A DNA stretch of 64,000 nt from a gamma proteobacterium SCGC AAA076-P13 (GCA_000384935.1 ARRA01000002.1:191700-255699), one strand, 5' to 3'; shown: positions 8,833 through 19,448, numbered from the stretch's first letter. Notes: generated by a model not told the origin, from the sequence alone. Numbers and translations: made by a program.

Positions 8833-10023
8833 ATGAAAAAAATTGTATTAGCTTTTTCGGGCGGATTAGACACTAGTTTCTGTGTTCCATACCTAATTGA
8901 TAAAGGTTTTGAGGTTCATACTATATTTGTAAATACTGGCGGAACGCCAAAGAAAGAGGAGGAAAAAATTACCAAAAGAGCAAATGAGCTCGGGGCGAAA
9001 AAACATATTAATGTAAATGTTGATAATCTTTTATGGAATCAAATTATTAAGCCATTAGTTTGGTCTGGAGCTCTATATCAAGATAAATATCCAGCACTAT
9101 GTTCGGATAGGTATCTTATAGTTTCAGAAGCAATAAGGCTCTGTAAAAAACTAAACACCAAATATATTTCTCATGGTTGTACAGGAATGGGTAATGATCA
9201 GGTAAGGTTTGATCTCTCAATCCAAGCATTTGGCAAATATAAGACCATTACTCCTATAAGAGAAATACAAAATAAAGTTAATGATGTGAGGGGGTATGAG
9301 CAGAAATATCTTGAAGAGAAAGGATTCAAAGTTTCATCTATACACTCAAAATATAGTATCAATGAAAACCTTATGGGGGCTACTGTTTCTGGATCTGAAA
9401 TAGACGAATGGAAAGAACCATCTAAAGAAAGCTATATCCTTTGTAATACACCTGACAAATACCCATCTAAATTAAAAAAGATAGTAATAGAATTCTCAAA
9501 GGGTGAGGCTAAAAAAATTGATGGCGTGGCTATTAAAGGCCCCGAGTTATTAAGAATGCTAAACAAGCTAGGTGGCAAGTACGGAATTGGCAGAGAAATT
9601 TTTGCCAGCGATACAATTATAGGCATTAAGGGAAGATTTCTTTTTGAGTCTCCTGGTATAAACATACTCCAGTCTGCACATAGAGCTCTAGAGGAATCTA
9701 TTTTTACTGATAAACAAAACTTTTTTAAGCCTATTGTTGGTAAAAAATGGGTTGAATTAGTTTATGGTGGCTTTTATTTTGATCCTTTAGCAAGAAACCT
9801 CGAAAATTTTTTACAAGATATTGAACTGCCTGTGAACGGCAAAGTAACAATGTTACTTTCACCAGGAAAGTCAGAAGCAGTAGCTGTTGAAGCTAAAAAA
9901 ATACTAATTAGTAAAGAAGCCATATATGCTCAGTCTGCCTCATGGGGTGTTGAAGAATCAGCTGGTTTTATTAAATTACTCGGTCAAAGTACTGCAACTT
10001 GGACGGATATAAATAAAAAGTAA
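8833..10023 (+). CDS. argG: Argininosuccinate synthase
   Basis: LAFSGGLDTS and HGCTGMGNDQVRF motifs. Confidence 0.97.
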   Translation: MKKIVLAFSGGLDTSFCVPYLIDKGFEVHTIFVNTGGTPKKEEEKITKRANELGAKKHINVNVDNLLWNQIIKPLVWSGALYQDKYPALCSDRYLIVSEAIRLCKKLNTKYISHGCTGMGNDQVRFDLSIQAFGKYKTITPIREIQNKVNDVRGYEQKYLEEKGFKVSSIHSKYSINENLMGATVSGSEIDEWKEPSKESYILCNTPDKYPSKLKKIVIEFSKGEAKKIDGVAIKGPELLRMLNKLGGKYGIGREIFASDTIIGIKGRFLFESPGINILQSAHRALEESIFTDKQNFFKPIVGKKWVELVYGGFYFDPLARNLENFLQDIELPVNGKVTMLLSPGKSEAVAVEAKKILISKEAIYAQSASWGVEESAGFIKLLGQSTATWTDINKK

Positions 10024-10024
10024 A

Positions 10025-11335
10025 ATGAACCAAAACTTTACTAAAGATACTATTTTAAAACTCCTCAGCGGGATGAGCAGTGAAAAAGAGATAAGAAAGT
10101 ACTTAGACAGATTTTCTTCTGATGACTTTAGATTTGCTGTAATTAAAGTTGGTGGAGCAGTAATAGAAAATGATTTAGATAATTTAATATCCTCCTTAGT
10201 ATTTTTAAATGAAGTTGGACTAAGACCAATTATAGTTCATGGAGGTGGCCCAAAACTTTCAAGAGCATTAGAGGAGAAAAAAATACATTTTTCATTTAAG
10301 GATGGCCAAAGAGTTACATCACAAAAAGTCTTAGATGAAGCTATTGATGTATTTAAGGCTGAAAATCAAAAAATTACATCTGCCTTGATTAAAAAGAATG
10401 TATCAGCCGTATCTTTGATTGATGATATTTTTAAGTGCATCATTCAAGATGAAGAATTAGGGTTCGTTGGTTCTATTATTGAAACTAATTCAAATAAAAT
10501 AAGGAATATTATTTCAAATGGAGGAGTGCCAGTAATAGCTCCAATGGGATATACAGATAAAAAACAAATAGTAAATATTAATGGCGATAAGGCAACCCAG
10601 GCTCTAGCAAAAGAAATATCTCCTGATAAGGTTATTTTTTTAAGTGAGATTGGGGGAATTCTTGATGGGTCAGATAACTTAATCTCAACGATAAACATTA
10701 AAGACGATTATGAGAGATTAATGTCTGAGGGGTGGCTCCACTCAGGAATGAAGCTTAAGCTTAAAGAGATTAAGCTTCTTCTTGATCACCTACCTAGTAA
10801 TAGTTCGGTATCAATAACAAAACCTCTTTATTTAAATAGAGAACTTTTTACTGATGCTGGCTTTGGAACTCTGGTAAAGGCAGGTCATCAAATAGATAAA
10901 CTTAAAGAGCTAGATAATGCAAATAAAGACGTCATTACATCAATCCTTGAATCAGCATTTAAAGGAACACTCGATAAAAATTATTTTATCAATCAAGATA
11001 AAGAATATTATGTAAGTAGCTGTAGGAGAGCTTCAATAGCTATATCCCACCATCAAAAAATAGCTTATATGGATAAATTTGCTGTTAAAGCTGATGCAAG
11101 AGGAGAGGGGCTTGGTAATGCTATATGGAATAGAATGACAGCTGATCACAAAAAGGTTTTTTGGAGATCTAGACCAAACAATTCAATAAACTTCTTTTAT
11201 AAGAATGTTTGTGATGGCTTTCAAAAAACTGATGAATGGAATATCTTTTGGATTGGGGTTAATGACCTAGATGAACTTACTGAATGCATAAGAATTGCAT
11301 CTCATCAACCTGAAACAATTACATATGAAAAATAA
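10025..11335 (+). CDS. argB: Bifunctional N-acetylglutamate synthase/kinase (vertebrate-like NAGS-K; AAK plus NAT domains)
   Basis: IKVGG and VHGGG kinase motifs, ELFTDAGFGTL linker, NAT domain YMDKFAV...GEGLG...FWRSR; 436 aa. Confidence 0.88.
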   Translation: MNQNFTKDTILKLLSGMSSEKEIRKYLDRFSSDDFRFAVIKVGGAVIENDLDNLISSLVFLNEVGLRPIIVHGGGPKLSRALEEKKIHFSFKDGQRVTSQKVLDEAIDVFKAENQKITSALIKKNVSAVSLIDDIFKCIIQDEELGFVGSIIETNSNKIRNIISNGGVPVIAPMGYTDKKQIVNINGDKATQALAKEISPDKVIFLSEIGGILDGSDNLISTINIKDDYERLMSEGWLHSGMKLKLKEIKLLLDHLPSNSSVSITKPLYLNRELFTDAGFGTLVKAGHQIDKLKELDNANKDVITSILESAFKGTLDKNYFINQDKEYYVSSCRRASIAISHHQKIAYMDKFAVKADARGEGLGNAIWNRMTADHKKVFWRSRPNNSINFFYKNVCDGFQKTDEWNIFWIGVNDLDELTECIRIASHQPETITYEK

Positions 11336-12266
11336 AATCAACATAGCAATGATTGGTGGTAGAGGTTTTGTAGGTCAGGAGATAATTTCTACACTAAATG
11401 ACCACCCAATATTCATGCTAAGTAAAGTTTTTTCTAAAACAGCTGGTGGTGAGGTTGTGGAGGGTTACAAGAAAGCATCTAATCTAAAGTACTGCCTTCT
11501 TGATAAATCAAATTTGCAGCTAGAGAATGTTGATATCGTAATCATGGCATTAGCTAATGATGAATCAGAATCCTATGTAAATATTATTAAAAAAAATTAT
11601 CCAAATATCATATTTATTGATCTAAGCTCTGACCATAGGTTAGATAAAAGATGGGATTATAGGGTTCCCGAGCTTACAACAAAAAAAGCTACTAAATTCA
11701 TTAGCAATCCAGGATGTTATGCATCTGCAATACAATTCTCTCTGGCACCAATAAAAAATCTTATTTCCGGGAGAGTCAGTTCTATAGGTATCTCTGGTTA
11801 TAGTGGGGCTGGAGCTTCGCCAAATGATAAAAATAATCCCGTCAATCTTAAAAACAATATTATTCCATACTCTCTTACAAACCATCTTCACGAGCAAGAG
11901 GTTTCGAAGCATTGCTATGAAGAAATATCCTTTAGCCCTCATGTCGGTAATTTTTTTAGAGGTATTCTTATAACGTCTCATATACAACTTAAAACAAGTC
12001 AAACGAATCAAGAAATTTTAGAAACCTTTGTTGATTTTTATAAAAACTCTAAATTAATTGAAGTTCTAGACGATATACCTATGATTAATAAGGTTGCTAA
12101 TACCCACAAGGCTCTAATAGGCGGAATATCTATTGATAATTCAGGAGTAAACTTAACAGTATGTTGCGCTCTTGATAACTTGCTTAAGGGAGCTGCTACA
12201 CAAGTTATACAAAATCTTAATTCGGCATGCAGTCTTGATGAATTAACAGGAATAGATTATGAATAA
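11325..12266 (+). CDS. argC: N-acetyl-gamma-glutamyl-phosphate reductase
   Basis: GGRGFVG, DLSSDHR, SNPGCY, SGYSGAG, DNLLKGAA; start set at ATG 11325. Confidence 0.95.
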   Translation: MKNKINIAMIGGRGFVGQEIISTLNDHPIFMLSKVFSKTAGGEVVEGYKKASNLKYCLLDKSNLQLENVDIVIMALANDESESYVNIIKKNYPNIIFIDLSSDHRLDKRWDYRVPELTTKKATKFISNPGCYASAIQFSLAPIKNLISGRVSSIGISGYSGAGASPNDKNNPVNLKNNIIPYSLTNHLHEQEVSKHCYEEISFSPHVGNFFRGILITSHIQLKTSQTNQEILETFVDFYKNSKLIEVLDDIPMINKVANTHKALIGGISIDNSGVNLTVCCALDNLLKGAATQVIQNLNSACSLDELTGIDYE

Positions 12267-13542
12267 AAAACTATGGAATAATAAAACTAGTAATATATCT
12301 GAGGAAATTACATCTTTTTTAGCTGGCGAAGATATTGAGTTAGACAAATTTATATTCATTTATGATATTGACGCATCTTTAGCACATGTAAAAGCTCTGC
12401 AGTCTATAGAGATAATAAAAAAAAATGAGCTAACAAAGCTTACTAAAGCTCTTAAAATTCTCAGAAAAAACTTTATTGAAGGCTCATTTAAGTTAACTAA
12501 TAAATATGAGGATTGTCATTCAGCCATTGAGTTTTATTTGACTAAAGAGCTTGGCGATCTTGGTAAAAAAGTTCATACAGGCAGAAGTAGAAATGATCAG
12601 GTGATGGTAGCAATGAGATTATTTGCTAAAAAAAATCTCATTGAATTCAAAGCAAAGAATAAATTAATTGCTGAAACTTTTTTAAATTTAGCAAAGAAAC
12701 ATAAAGATTTACCAATGCCAGGATATACGCATCTTCAAAGAGCTATGCCTTCATCATGGGGTTTATGGTTTTCTTCATATGCTGAATCTTTCATCGATAA
12801 TGTAGATCTAATTAACAATACTATTGACTGGGTTGATTCAAACCCATTGGGGAGTGCGGCTGGCTATGGAGTTGCAATTCCATTAAATAGAGACTTAGTA
12901 ACTAAGGAGTTAGGTTTTAGTAGAACTCAGTTAAATAGTTTGTATGTTCAGAATAGCAGGGGTAAGTATGAGATGCAGATACTTAATACCTTGAAGCAAT
13001 CAATGTTAGATATAAGAAAATTTTCATGGGATATGAGTTTATTTTTATCACAAGAGTTTGATCTATTATCTATTGATAGTAAGTATTCAACAGGATCGTC
13101 AATTATGCCTAACAAACACAACCCAGATGTCATAGAAATATTAAGAGCAAATTATTCAATACTAGCTGGCTTTTCATCGGAACTGGAAAATTTACTCTCT
13201 CTTCCTAGTGGTTATCATAGAGACCTTCAATTAACTAAAAGAAGTCTAATAAATGGTTTTCACACCTCACTTAAATCATTAGATATTATTCCAGCTTTAC
13301 TAAAGACAATTAAGATAAACAAAACTAACTCCAACAAATATATAGATAATGAAATGAAAATGACTGATAAAGTTTACTCGCTTGTTTCTGATGGAGTTCC
13401 TTTTAGAGATGCATACGGTCTAGTAAAAAATTCTGATGACCATTCCTTATTACCTGAAACAAAATCTTTAAATCACTCTATGGGATCGCCAGGAAATTTG
13501 AACCTCAATTTGTTAGAGAAGAGACTAAAAAAGCAAAAATAA
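12259..13542 (+). CDS. argH: Argininosuccinate lyase
   Basis: HTGRSRNDQ, PGYTHLQRA and GSSIMPNKHNPD signatures. Confidence 0.96.
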   Translation: MNKKLWNNKTSNISEEITSFLAGEDIELDKFIFIYDIDASLAHVKALQSIEIIKKNELTKLTKALKILRKNFIEGSFKLTNKYEDCHSAIEFYLTKELGDLGKKVHTGRSRNDQVMVAMRLFAKKNLIEFKAKNKLIAETFLNLAKKHKDLPMPGYTHLQRAMPSSWGLWFSSYAESFIDNVDLINNTIDWVDSNPLGSAAGYGVAIPLNRDLVTKELGFSRTQLNSLYVQNSRGKYEMQILNTLKQSMLDIRKFSWDMSLFLSQEFDLLSIDSKYSTGSSIMPNKHNPDVIEILRANYSILAGFSSELENLLSLPSGYHRDLQLTKRSLINGFHTSLKSLDIIPALLKTIKINKTNSNKYIDNEMKMTDKVYSLVSDGVPFRDAYGLVKNSDDHSLLPETKSLNHSMGSPGNLNLNLLEKRLKKQK

Positions 13543-13589
13543 AATATATAAGTTACTATTATTTAGTAGTTTTATTGGATATTTAGTTT

Positions 13590-14864
13590 ATGCAAATACC
13601 TGTTAGATTCAGAGTTATTTTTATGTCATTCTTGGCTGTTTTTATTTGCTACATAGATAGAGTGAATATTTCAGTTGCCATTATCCCAATGCAAGAACAG
13701 TTTGGCTGGAGTGAGTCTCAGGTCGGCGTTATTTTTTCTTCTTTTTATCTAGGTTATATTTTTACCATGACTATTGGTGGATTTTTAGCTGATAGATATG
13801 GTGGCAAACTAGTACTTGGGTATGGCCTTCTTCTTTGGTCACTATTTACAGTTTTAACTCCAGCATTTGCATATAATGGATTTTTTGCAATCTTAACAAT
13901 AAGAGTCTTAATGGGTCTAGGTGAGGGCATAACCTTTCCTTCCTGGCATGCCTTATATGCTAGATGGATTCCTTTTGAAGAGAGAACAAGATCAATTGCA
14001 ATTACAAATAGTGGTATTTCTGTCGGGACTGTTTTTGGATATCTTGTAACAAGTTTAATAATTGCTAGCTATTCATGGGAGTGGGTCTTTTACTCATTTG
14101 GAATGTTGGGAGTAATTTGGTTCTTTTTTTGGCAGCAAAACGTTACATCATACCCAAGTGATCATAAAGATATATCTCCCAATGAGCTTGATTTTATAAT
14201 TAAAAAAGCACCTGCAAACTCCTCAGCTCCAAAAATTTCTATATTAAAAGTAATAACAAATCTTCCTTTTCTGGCAATAACAGTAGCTACCTTTTGTCAT
14301 AATTGGGCATTATTTATCTTTCTTTCTTATTTGCCAAAATTTATTAATAGCCCTGAATCATTAGGAGGATTAGGAATAGCTTTAGATTCTAGTGTTTTTA
14401 TCTTTTTAATTTTAATTCCAAGTTTTTTTTCAGTAGCCTCCCTTATTGCGGGAGGTTTTTTAGCAGATAGCCTTATAAAGAAAAAATATCAAGTCATTAA
14501 GGTGCGCAAAGTTCTTAACTCTATCGGTTTCTTTGGATCTGCCTGTTGTTTATTTTTAATACCATTTCAAGATTCACATCTTTTTATAATTTCTCTTTTA
14601 TGTGCTACAAATATTTGTACTGGAATTGCTGCTGGAGGTTTTGGAGTCAATCATGCTGATTTAGGTCCAAGATATACAGGGACATTAGTTGGTATCTCTG
14701 GAAGTCTAGGCATGATTGCAGCAGTGATTGGTCCATTAGCTGCAGGCTTCATACTTGATATAACTAATTCTTGGGAATTAATATTTCATATATGCTCATA
14801 CATGTTGTTGTTTGGTGGTATTTTCTATCTGATTTTTGCAAGTACTGATAGGCAATTCGAATAA
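13590..14864 (+). CDS. MFS transporter, anion:cation symporter (ACS) family
   Basis: ICYIDRVNISVA, GFLADRYGG, GLGEGITFP; about 12 TM segments. Confidence 0.88.
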   Translation: MQIPVRFRVIFMSFLAVFICYIDRVNISVAIIPMQEQFGWSESQVGVIFSSFYLGYIFTMTIGGFLADRYGGKLVLGYGLLLWSLFTVLTPAFAYNGFFAILTIRVLMGLGEGITFPSWHALYARWIPFEERTRSIAITNSGISVGTVFGYLVTSLIIASYSWEWVFYSFGMLGVIWFFFWQQNVTSYPSDHKDISPNELDFIIKKAPANSSAPKISILKVITNLPFLAITVATFCHNWALFIFLSYLPKFINSPESLGGLGIALDSSVFIFLILIPSFFSVASLIAGGFLADSLIKKKYQVIKVRKVLNSIGFFGSACCLFLIPFQDSHLFIISLLCATNICTGIAAGGFGVNHADLGPRYTGTLVGISGSLGMIAAVIGPLAAGFILDITNSWELIFHICSYMLLFGGIFYLIFASTDRQFE

Positions 14865-14898
14865 TATTATCACTTACGAATTTAAGTTATAATGAAAA

Positions 14899-15672
14899 AT
14901 GGACACAAAACTAGAGATAGCAAAAAACTGGCTTCCAAGATATACAGGAATGCCATTAGAAATGTTTGGCGATTATATCTTAATCACTAATTTTAAAGAC
15001 TATGTTATAAAATTTGCTGATAGATTTAACTGTGATGTTTATGGCGAAGGAAGGGCTATGCAAGCCTCCACTAATAGCGATGGACTAACAATTATTAACT
15101 ATGGCATTGGATCACCCAATGCTGCAACGATAATGGATTTGCTTGTTGCTGCAAAGCCTAAAGGTGTTCTTTTTCTTGGAAAGTGCGGTGGGTTAAAAAA
15201 TTCTTCAGAAATAGGTAATTTTATTCTTCCAATCGGCGCCATAAGAGGAGATGGAACTTCAAATGATTATTTTCCACCCGAGGTCCCTGCATTACCCTCA
15301 TTTAAACTTCATAAATTCGTTTCAGATATCATAATTGAAAAAGAAAGTGATTATAGAACTGGAGTTATTTTCACTACTAACAGAAGAGTATGGGAGCATG
15401 ACAAACGCTTTCTTAAGAGGCTTAAAAAGACGACTGCTATTGGTGTTGATATGGAAACCGCAACTGTATTTTCTGTTGGTCACTTTAATGATATTGCAAG
15501 AGGGGCATTGCTATTAGTTTCTGATGTTCCATTAACCCCTGAGGGAGTTAAAACAGAAACATCTGACAAAGAAGTGACCCAAAAGTGGGTAGATTTGCAT
15601 CTAGAAATCGGTATTAAGGCTATGACCGATATTGGCAAAAGTGGAGAAGAGATAAAGCACTTTAAATACTAG
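14899..15672 (+). CDS. amn: AMP nucleosidase, short form (PNP/UDP family)
   Basis: NWLPRYTG, GIGSPNAATIMDLL, FLGKCGG, TTNRRVWE, VDMETAT. Confidence 0.85.
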   Translation: MDTKLEIAKNWLPRYTGMPLEMFGDYILITNFKDYVIKFADRFNCDVYGEGRAMQASTNSDGLTIINYGIGSPNAATIMDLLVAAKPKGVLFLGKCGGLKNSSEIGNFILPIGAIRGDGTSNDYFPPEVPALPSFKLHKFVSDIIIEKESDYRTGVIFTTNRRVWEHDKRFLKRLKKTTAIGVDMETATVFSVGHFNDIARGALLLVSDVPLTPEGVKTETSDKEVTQKWVDLHLEIGIKAMTDIGKSGEEIKHFKY

Positions 15673-15676
15673 TTGT

Positions 15677-16177
15677 TTAGAGAGCTAATTTTTGAAAGTA
15701 GTTAAATATATCCTGTAGGCTTCTTTCTCTTGCTGTAGTCCACTCTTTTGTAGATGAGCTATTTAGAATATTCATTTCTTTATCAAATACAATAACTCTA
15801 GGCACTCCTTTTTCTCTAGCAACTCCAAAATAATCCATAAGTTCCATATTTTTATCATATCTTCCAACATCAATATGCATAATCTCAAAACGCTCTGACA
15901 TAAACTTTTTGATAGAAGGTACTTGCAGTGAGCCATCTAATATTCTGCAATCTGGACACCAGTTTCCGCCAAATATTATTATTGGTTGCTTTGATTTGCT
16001 TGTTGTAGCTTCCATAAATTTTTCAACATCTATCTCAGAATAGATTGCCCCATCATATGGAAGTGGCAAAGGGATGCTTAACTTATCATCTGAATTAAGA
16101 AGAGCTGTTTGCGAATTTAAGTTGACGGTCATAAAAATAATTAATAAAGAAAATATTTTTTTTAATTGTTTTTTCAT
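15677..16177 (-). CDS. Exported thioredoxin-family protein
   Basis: Signal peptide and GGNWCPDC motif. Confidence 0.85.
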   Translation of the reverse strand: MKKQLKKIFSLLIIFMTVNLNSQTALLNSDDKLSIPLPLPYDGAIYSEIDVEKFMEATTSKSKQPIIIFGGNWCPDCRILDGSLQVPSIKKFMSERFEIMHIDVGRYDKNMELMDYFGVAREKGVPRVIVFDKEMNILNSSSTKEWTTARERSLQDIFNYFQKLAL

Positions 16178-16254
16178 TATGTTGGTTTAATATTAAAAGC
16201 ATATTGTGAAGATTGTCTTCCGGTATTGCAATAACTTTTAATATAGGCATTTAA

Positions 16255-16677
16255 ATGATTTGGTTAGTAAGATTTTATTTATTCTTTATGGGGGTTACCT
16301 ATTTACTAATTGGTTTATGGGCTATCTTTGATCCCTTACTTACCTCAATGGAGATATCTGCTCCTTCTTTTTTAGATGCGGTTGGATTGAGCATAACTTC
16401 AGAAATTGGTTACTCTGAAATTGCGGGATTATATGGTGGTTTAAACATTGGCATTGGTCTAATGTGTTTAGTGGGGATTGCTAGGGAGACTATTGGCATT
16501 TTTTCAATAAAGTTTCTTACATTCTTAGCAGGGTCAATTGCGTCAGGCAGAATACTATTTTCATTAATGCCATCATCACCAACTTTCTTTAACAGTTTTT
16601 TTGTTTTCGAAATTTGTGCAGTAGCTATAGGTTTATGTTTTTTAAAAGTTTTAAGTGGAACTAAATCAGATTACTAA
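16255..16677 (+). CDS. Membrane protein, DUF4345-like
   Basis: SEIAGLYGG motif, four TM segments. Confidence 0.7.
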   Translation: MIWLVRFYLFFMGVTYLLIGLWAIFDPLLTSMEISAPSFLDAVGLSITSEIGYSEIAGLYGGLNIGIGLMCLVGIARETIGIFSIKFLTFLAGSIASGRILFSLMPSSPTFFNSFFVFEICAVAIGLCFLKVLSGTKSDY

Positions 16678-17611
16678 TATTTAATATATAAATAAAATAT
16701 CCTAATACAAAACCGCAACCAATCAATCTAATAGTCTTTATTCCAAAATACTTAGATGAATACATTGTCGCAACCAAAATAAATAATAAAGTAACTAACA
16801 ACATTACTAAATAATCTCTAGAGTAGATTGTTGGATGAAGAGAGGTATTGGAAAAAAATCCAAGAATTGGAACAACCAAGGCTATATTCATAACATTTGA
16901 ACCAATTACATTTCCAATTACCATATCATTTTTATTTTTTGTTATTGCTGATATGGTTGCTGCTAATTCTGGCAAGCTTGTCCCAATTGCAATGATAGTT
17001 AATCCAATAACCAATTGAGGGACATTTAATAAGATCGCTATAGATTCTGCATGTATGACTGCAAAATGAGATCCGCCTATTAAAGCTATTAAACCAATAG
17101 CAAGCAATAAACTGGTATTACCTATCGGAGAACATGCATCTTCTGTTGAGGGGTTTATATCTTCATGTGATTTAAATTTATATGTTATTAAAATAAATAA
17201 GAAGAATAGTAATACAAAAGTAATACTTTCATATGAAGTGATCTTTAGGTCTTGCAAGCTTAATCCCAATAAAATGGCTCCTAATAGAAATGGTAGGAAC
17301 TGAATGAAAGAAGTTTTAGATGGCTTAATACTTATCCCAATGCAAGAAACGCCAAATATAAGAGCGATATTTGAAATATTAGAGCCAACAACTGTGCCCA
17401 TGGCTAATTCTTCACTATTATTAATTACTGATGAAATACCTACAAAAATTTCTGGGGCAGAAGTGCCGAGCGCCACTATTGTTAAACCAATCGTTAATTC
17501 ACTCATGCCAAGTTTTTTTGCAAGAAGTGATGAGTTATCAACAAATTTATCAGCACCCCAAACCAGAACTGCTATAGAAGTAAGAAGACCGACCAGATGA
17601 AATGTAAACAT
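16661..17611 (-). CDS. Calcium/sodium antiporter (CaCA, YrbG-like)
   Basis: Two alpha-repeats GTSAPE / GTSLPE with GSNI / GSNV. Confidence 0.93.
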   Translation of the reverse strand: MFTFHLVGLLTSIAVLVWGADKFVDNSSLLAKKLGMSELTIGLTIVALGTSAPEIFVGISSVINNSEELAMGTVVGSNISNIALIFGVSCIGISIKPSKTSFIQFLPFLLGAILLGLSLQDLKITSYESITFVLLFFLFILITYKFKSHEDINPSTEDACSPIGNTSLLLAIGLIALIGGSHFAVIHAESIAILLNVPQLVIGLTIIAIGTSLPELAATISAITKNKNDMVIGNVIGSNVMNIALVVPILGFFSNTSLHPTIYSRDYLVMLLVTLLFILVATMYSSKYFGIKTIRLIGCGFVLGYFIYILNISNLI

Positions 17612-17745
17612 ATCCTATTTTACATCAGAGAAATGGCTTTAAAAAAATATTTTGTTTAATTATCCGTCAATACATTTTTAGGTAGTAGTTTTATAAAAAT
17701 GCAATATATAATAAGCAGTCAAATATACACATAAGGATAAAAATA

Positions 17746-18543
17746 ATGGAAATTAATAGCTTATTTAACGTTACTGGAAAAGTTGTTGTTGTTACCGGTG
17801 GATCAAGAGGAATTGGAGAAATGATAACAGCTGGTTTTTTAGCTAATGGAGCCAAAGTGTATATTTCAGCTAGGAAAGCACCACCTCTTATGGAAAAAGC
17901 AAAAGAACTATCTGAAAGGTATAACGCAGAATGTATAGCAATACCATGCGATCTTAGTACTTTAGAGGGCATTGATTATTTCACACAACAAATTACAGAA
18001 AAAGAAAATGGTATTGATTTTTTAATTAATAATGCTGGAGCTGCTTGGGGAGAACCCCTAGAAGATTTTTCTGAAACTGGTTGGGATAAAGTAATGGATC
18101 TTAATGTAAAAAGTATTTTCTTCTTAACTCAAAAACTTAAATCACTTCTAAAAACAAATGCAACAATTGATGATCCCTCAAGAGTCATAAACATAGGATC
18201 TATCGATGGGCTAAATGTTCCAGCCTTTGAAACATATTCTTACAGCACATCTAAAGCTGCAGTTCATCATTTAACAAGAGTACTTGCCAACAAACTTGTA
18301 AAGGAAGATATTCTTGTTAATGCAATTGCCCCGGGACCATATCCTAGTGCAATGCTTGGATCTGCAGTGAATTCTGATTACTCTTTCATAGCAGAAGCCA
18401 ATCCAAGAAAAAGAGTTGGTACCCCTGAGGATATAGCTGGGCTTGCAATATTTTTATGCTCTAGAGCAGGTGCTTATACAGTTGGTGAGACAATTACATC
18501 TGATGGTGGATTAGTAAAGACCGCAGGGCACAAGCTAGGTTAA
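17746..18543 (+). CDS. Short-chain dehydrogenase/reductase (RhlG-like 3-oxoacyl reductase)
   Basis: TGGSRGIG, NNAG and YSTSK motifs. Confidence 0.9.
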   Translation: MEINSLFNVTGKVVVVTGGSRGIGEMITAGFLANGAKVYISARKAPPLMEKAKELSERYNAECIAIPCDLSTLEGIDYFTQQITEKENGIDFLINNAGAAWGEPLEDFSETGWDKVMDLNVKSIFFLTQKLKSLLKTNATIDDPSRVINIGSIDGLNVPAFETYSYSTSKAAVHHLTRVLANKLVKEDILVNAIAPGPYPSAMLGSAVNSDYSFIAEANPRKRVGTPEDIAGLAIFLCSRAGAYTVGETITSDGGLVKTAGHKLG

Positions 18544-18545
18544 AA

Positions 18546-19448
18546 CTATTTTTTAGCATCTATAAAAGCTTTAATAATAAGATCTTTCATCCAAAGGTGA
18601 CCGCCATCTCCTTCGTCGCTTTTGTGCCATATCAAGAAATATTCCATTGATGGTATTTCTATTGGCACCTCAATAAAAGGAAGATTATTGGCAATTGCAA
18701 AACTCCTAGTGCCCATTAAGACAAGATCTGTTGATCTTAATATTTGAGGGGCAATTAAGAAATGTTGACAGCGAAGGGCCACCTCGCGCCTATATCCTAT
18801 TTTGTCTAGCTCTAAGTCAATTAAATGCAAACCTCTTCTTCTGTTAGAGACGTGTAGATGCCTTTGATTTAAGATATCTTCAATAGTAATATTTTCAATA
18901 TCAGCGAGTTGATGTCCATCTCTATGCATTGCGACCCAATCATCTTCAAATACCTTAAATGAATCAATCTCATCAGATACAGGAATAACTGGATCCACTA
19001 CAAAATCTAAATTATTTGTAGCAAGCGCATGAACTTGGTCTGATCTGCTATAAGCATAGCTACCAAGAGCTACACTTGAAGCCTTTTTATCTATCTCATT
19101 CATGATAAACGGAAGGACTCTTCCCTCAGAAACATCTCCTAGTGAAAGTTTGAATGTTCTCTTTGATATCTTTGGATCAAATGTATCAGGCTCATTAACA
19201 CTTAGTTGCATAAGTGATAATGCATTTTGAATATCTTTAATAATATTTTCTGTTTTCTGAGTTGGAACCATCCCAGAACCAGTTCTAATAAAAAGGTCAT
19301 CATTAAATTTTTCTCTTAATCTGGATAGAGCATTACTAACAGCTGGCTGAGTTATACCGACAACTTCTGCAGCTTTGGTTAAACTACCCTCGGTGTATAT
19401 TGCATTCAAAATAACAAATAAATTTAAATCAAATGAACTAATTTTCAT
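18546..19448 (-). CDS. LysR-family transcriptional regulator (NodD/NahR/MexT-like)
   Basis: DLNLF...SLTKAA...TQPAVSNALSRLR helix-turn-helix; divergent from an ACAD gene. Confidence 0.95.
   Translation of the reverse strand: MKISSFDLNLFVILNAIYTEGSLTKAAEVVGITQPAVSNALSRLREKFNDDLFIRTGSGMVPTQKTENIIKDIQNALSLMQLSVNEPDTFDPKISKRTFKLSLGDVSEGRVLPFIMNEIDKKASSVALGSYAYSRSDQVHALATNNLDFVVDPVIPVSDEIDSFKVFEDDWVAMHRDGHQLADIENITIEDILNQRHLHVSNRRRGLHLIDLELDKIGYRREVALRCQHFLIAPQILRSTDLVLMGTRSFAIANNLPFIEVPIEIPSMEYFLIWHKSDEGDGGHLWMKDLIIKAFIDAKK

Noticed and set aside
12417-12635. A9 homopolymers in argH (12417-12425, 12627-12635), also one in slyB at 34209-34217, as phase-variation or slippage sites
   Set aside because: They are Lys-Lys-Asn codon runs expected in AT-rich genes; the frames are intact and no useful truncated product is evident.
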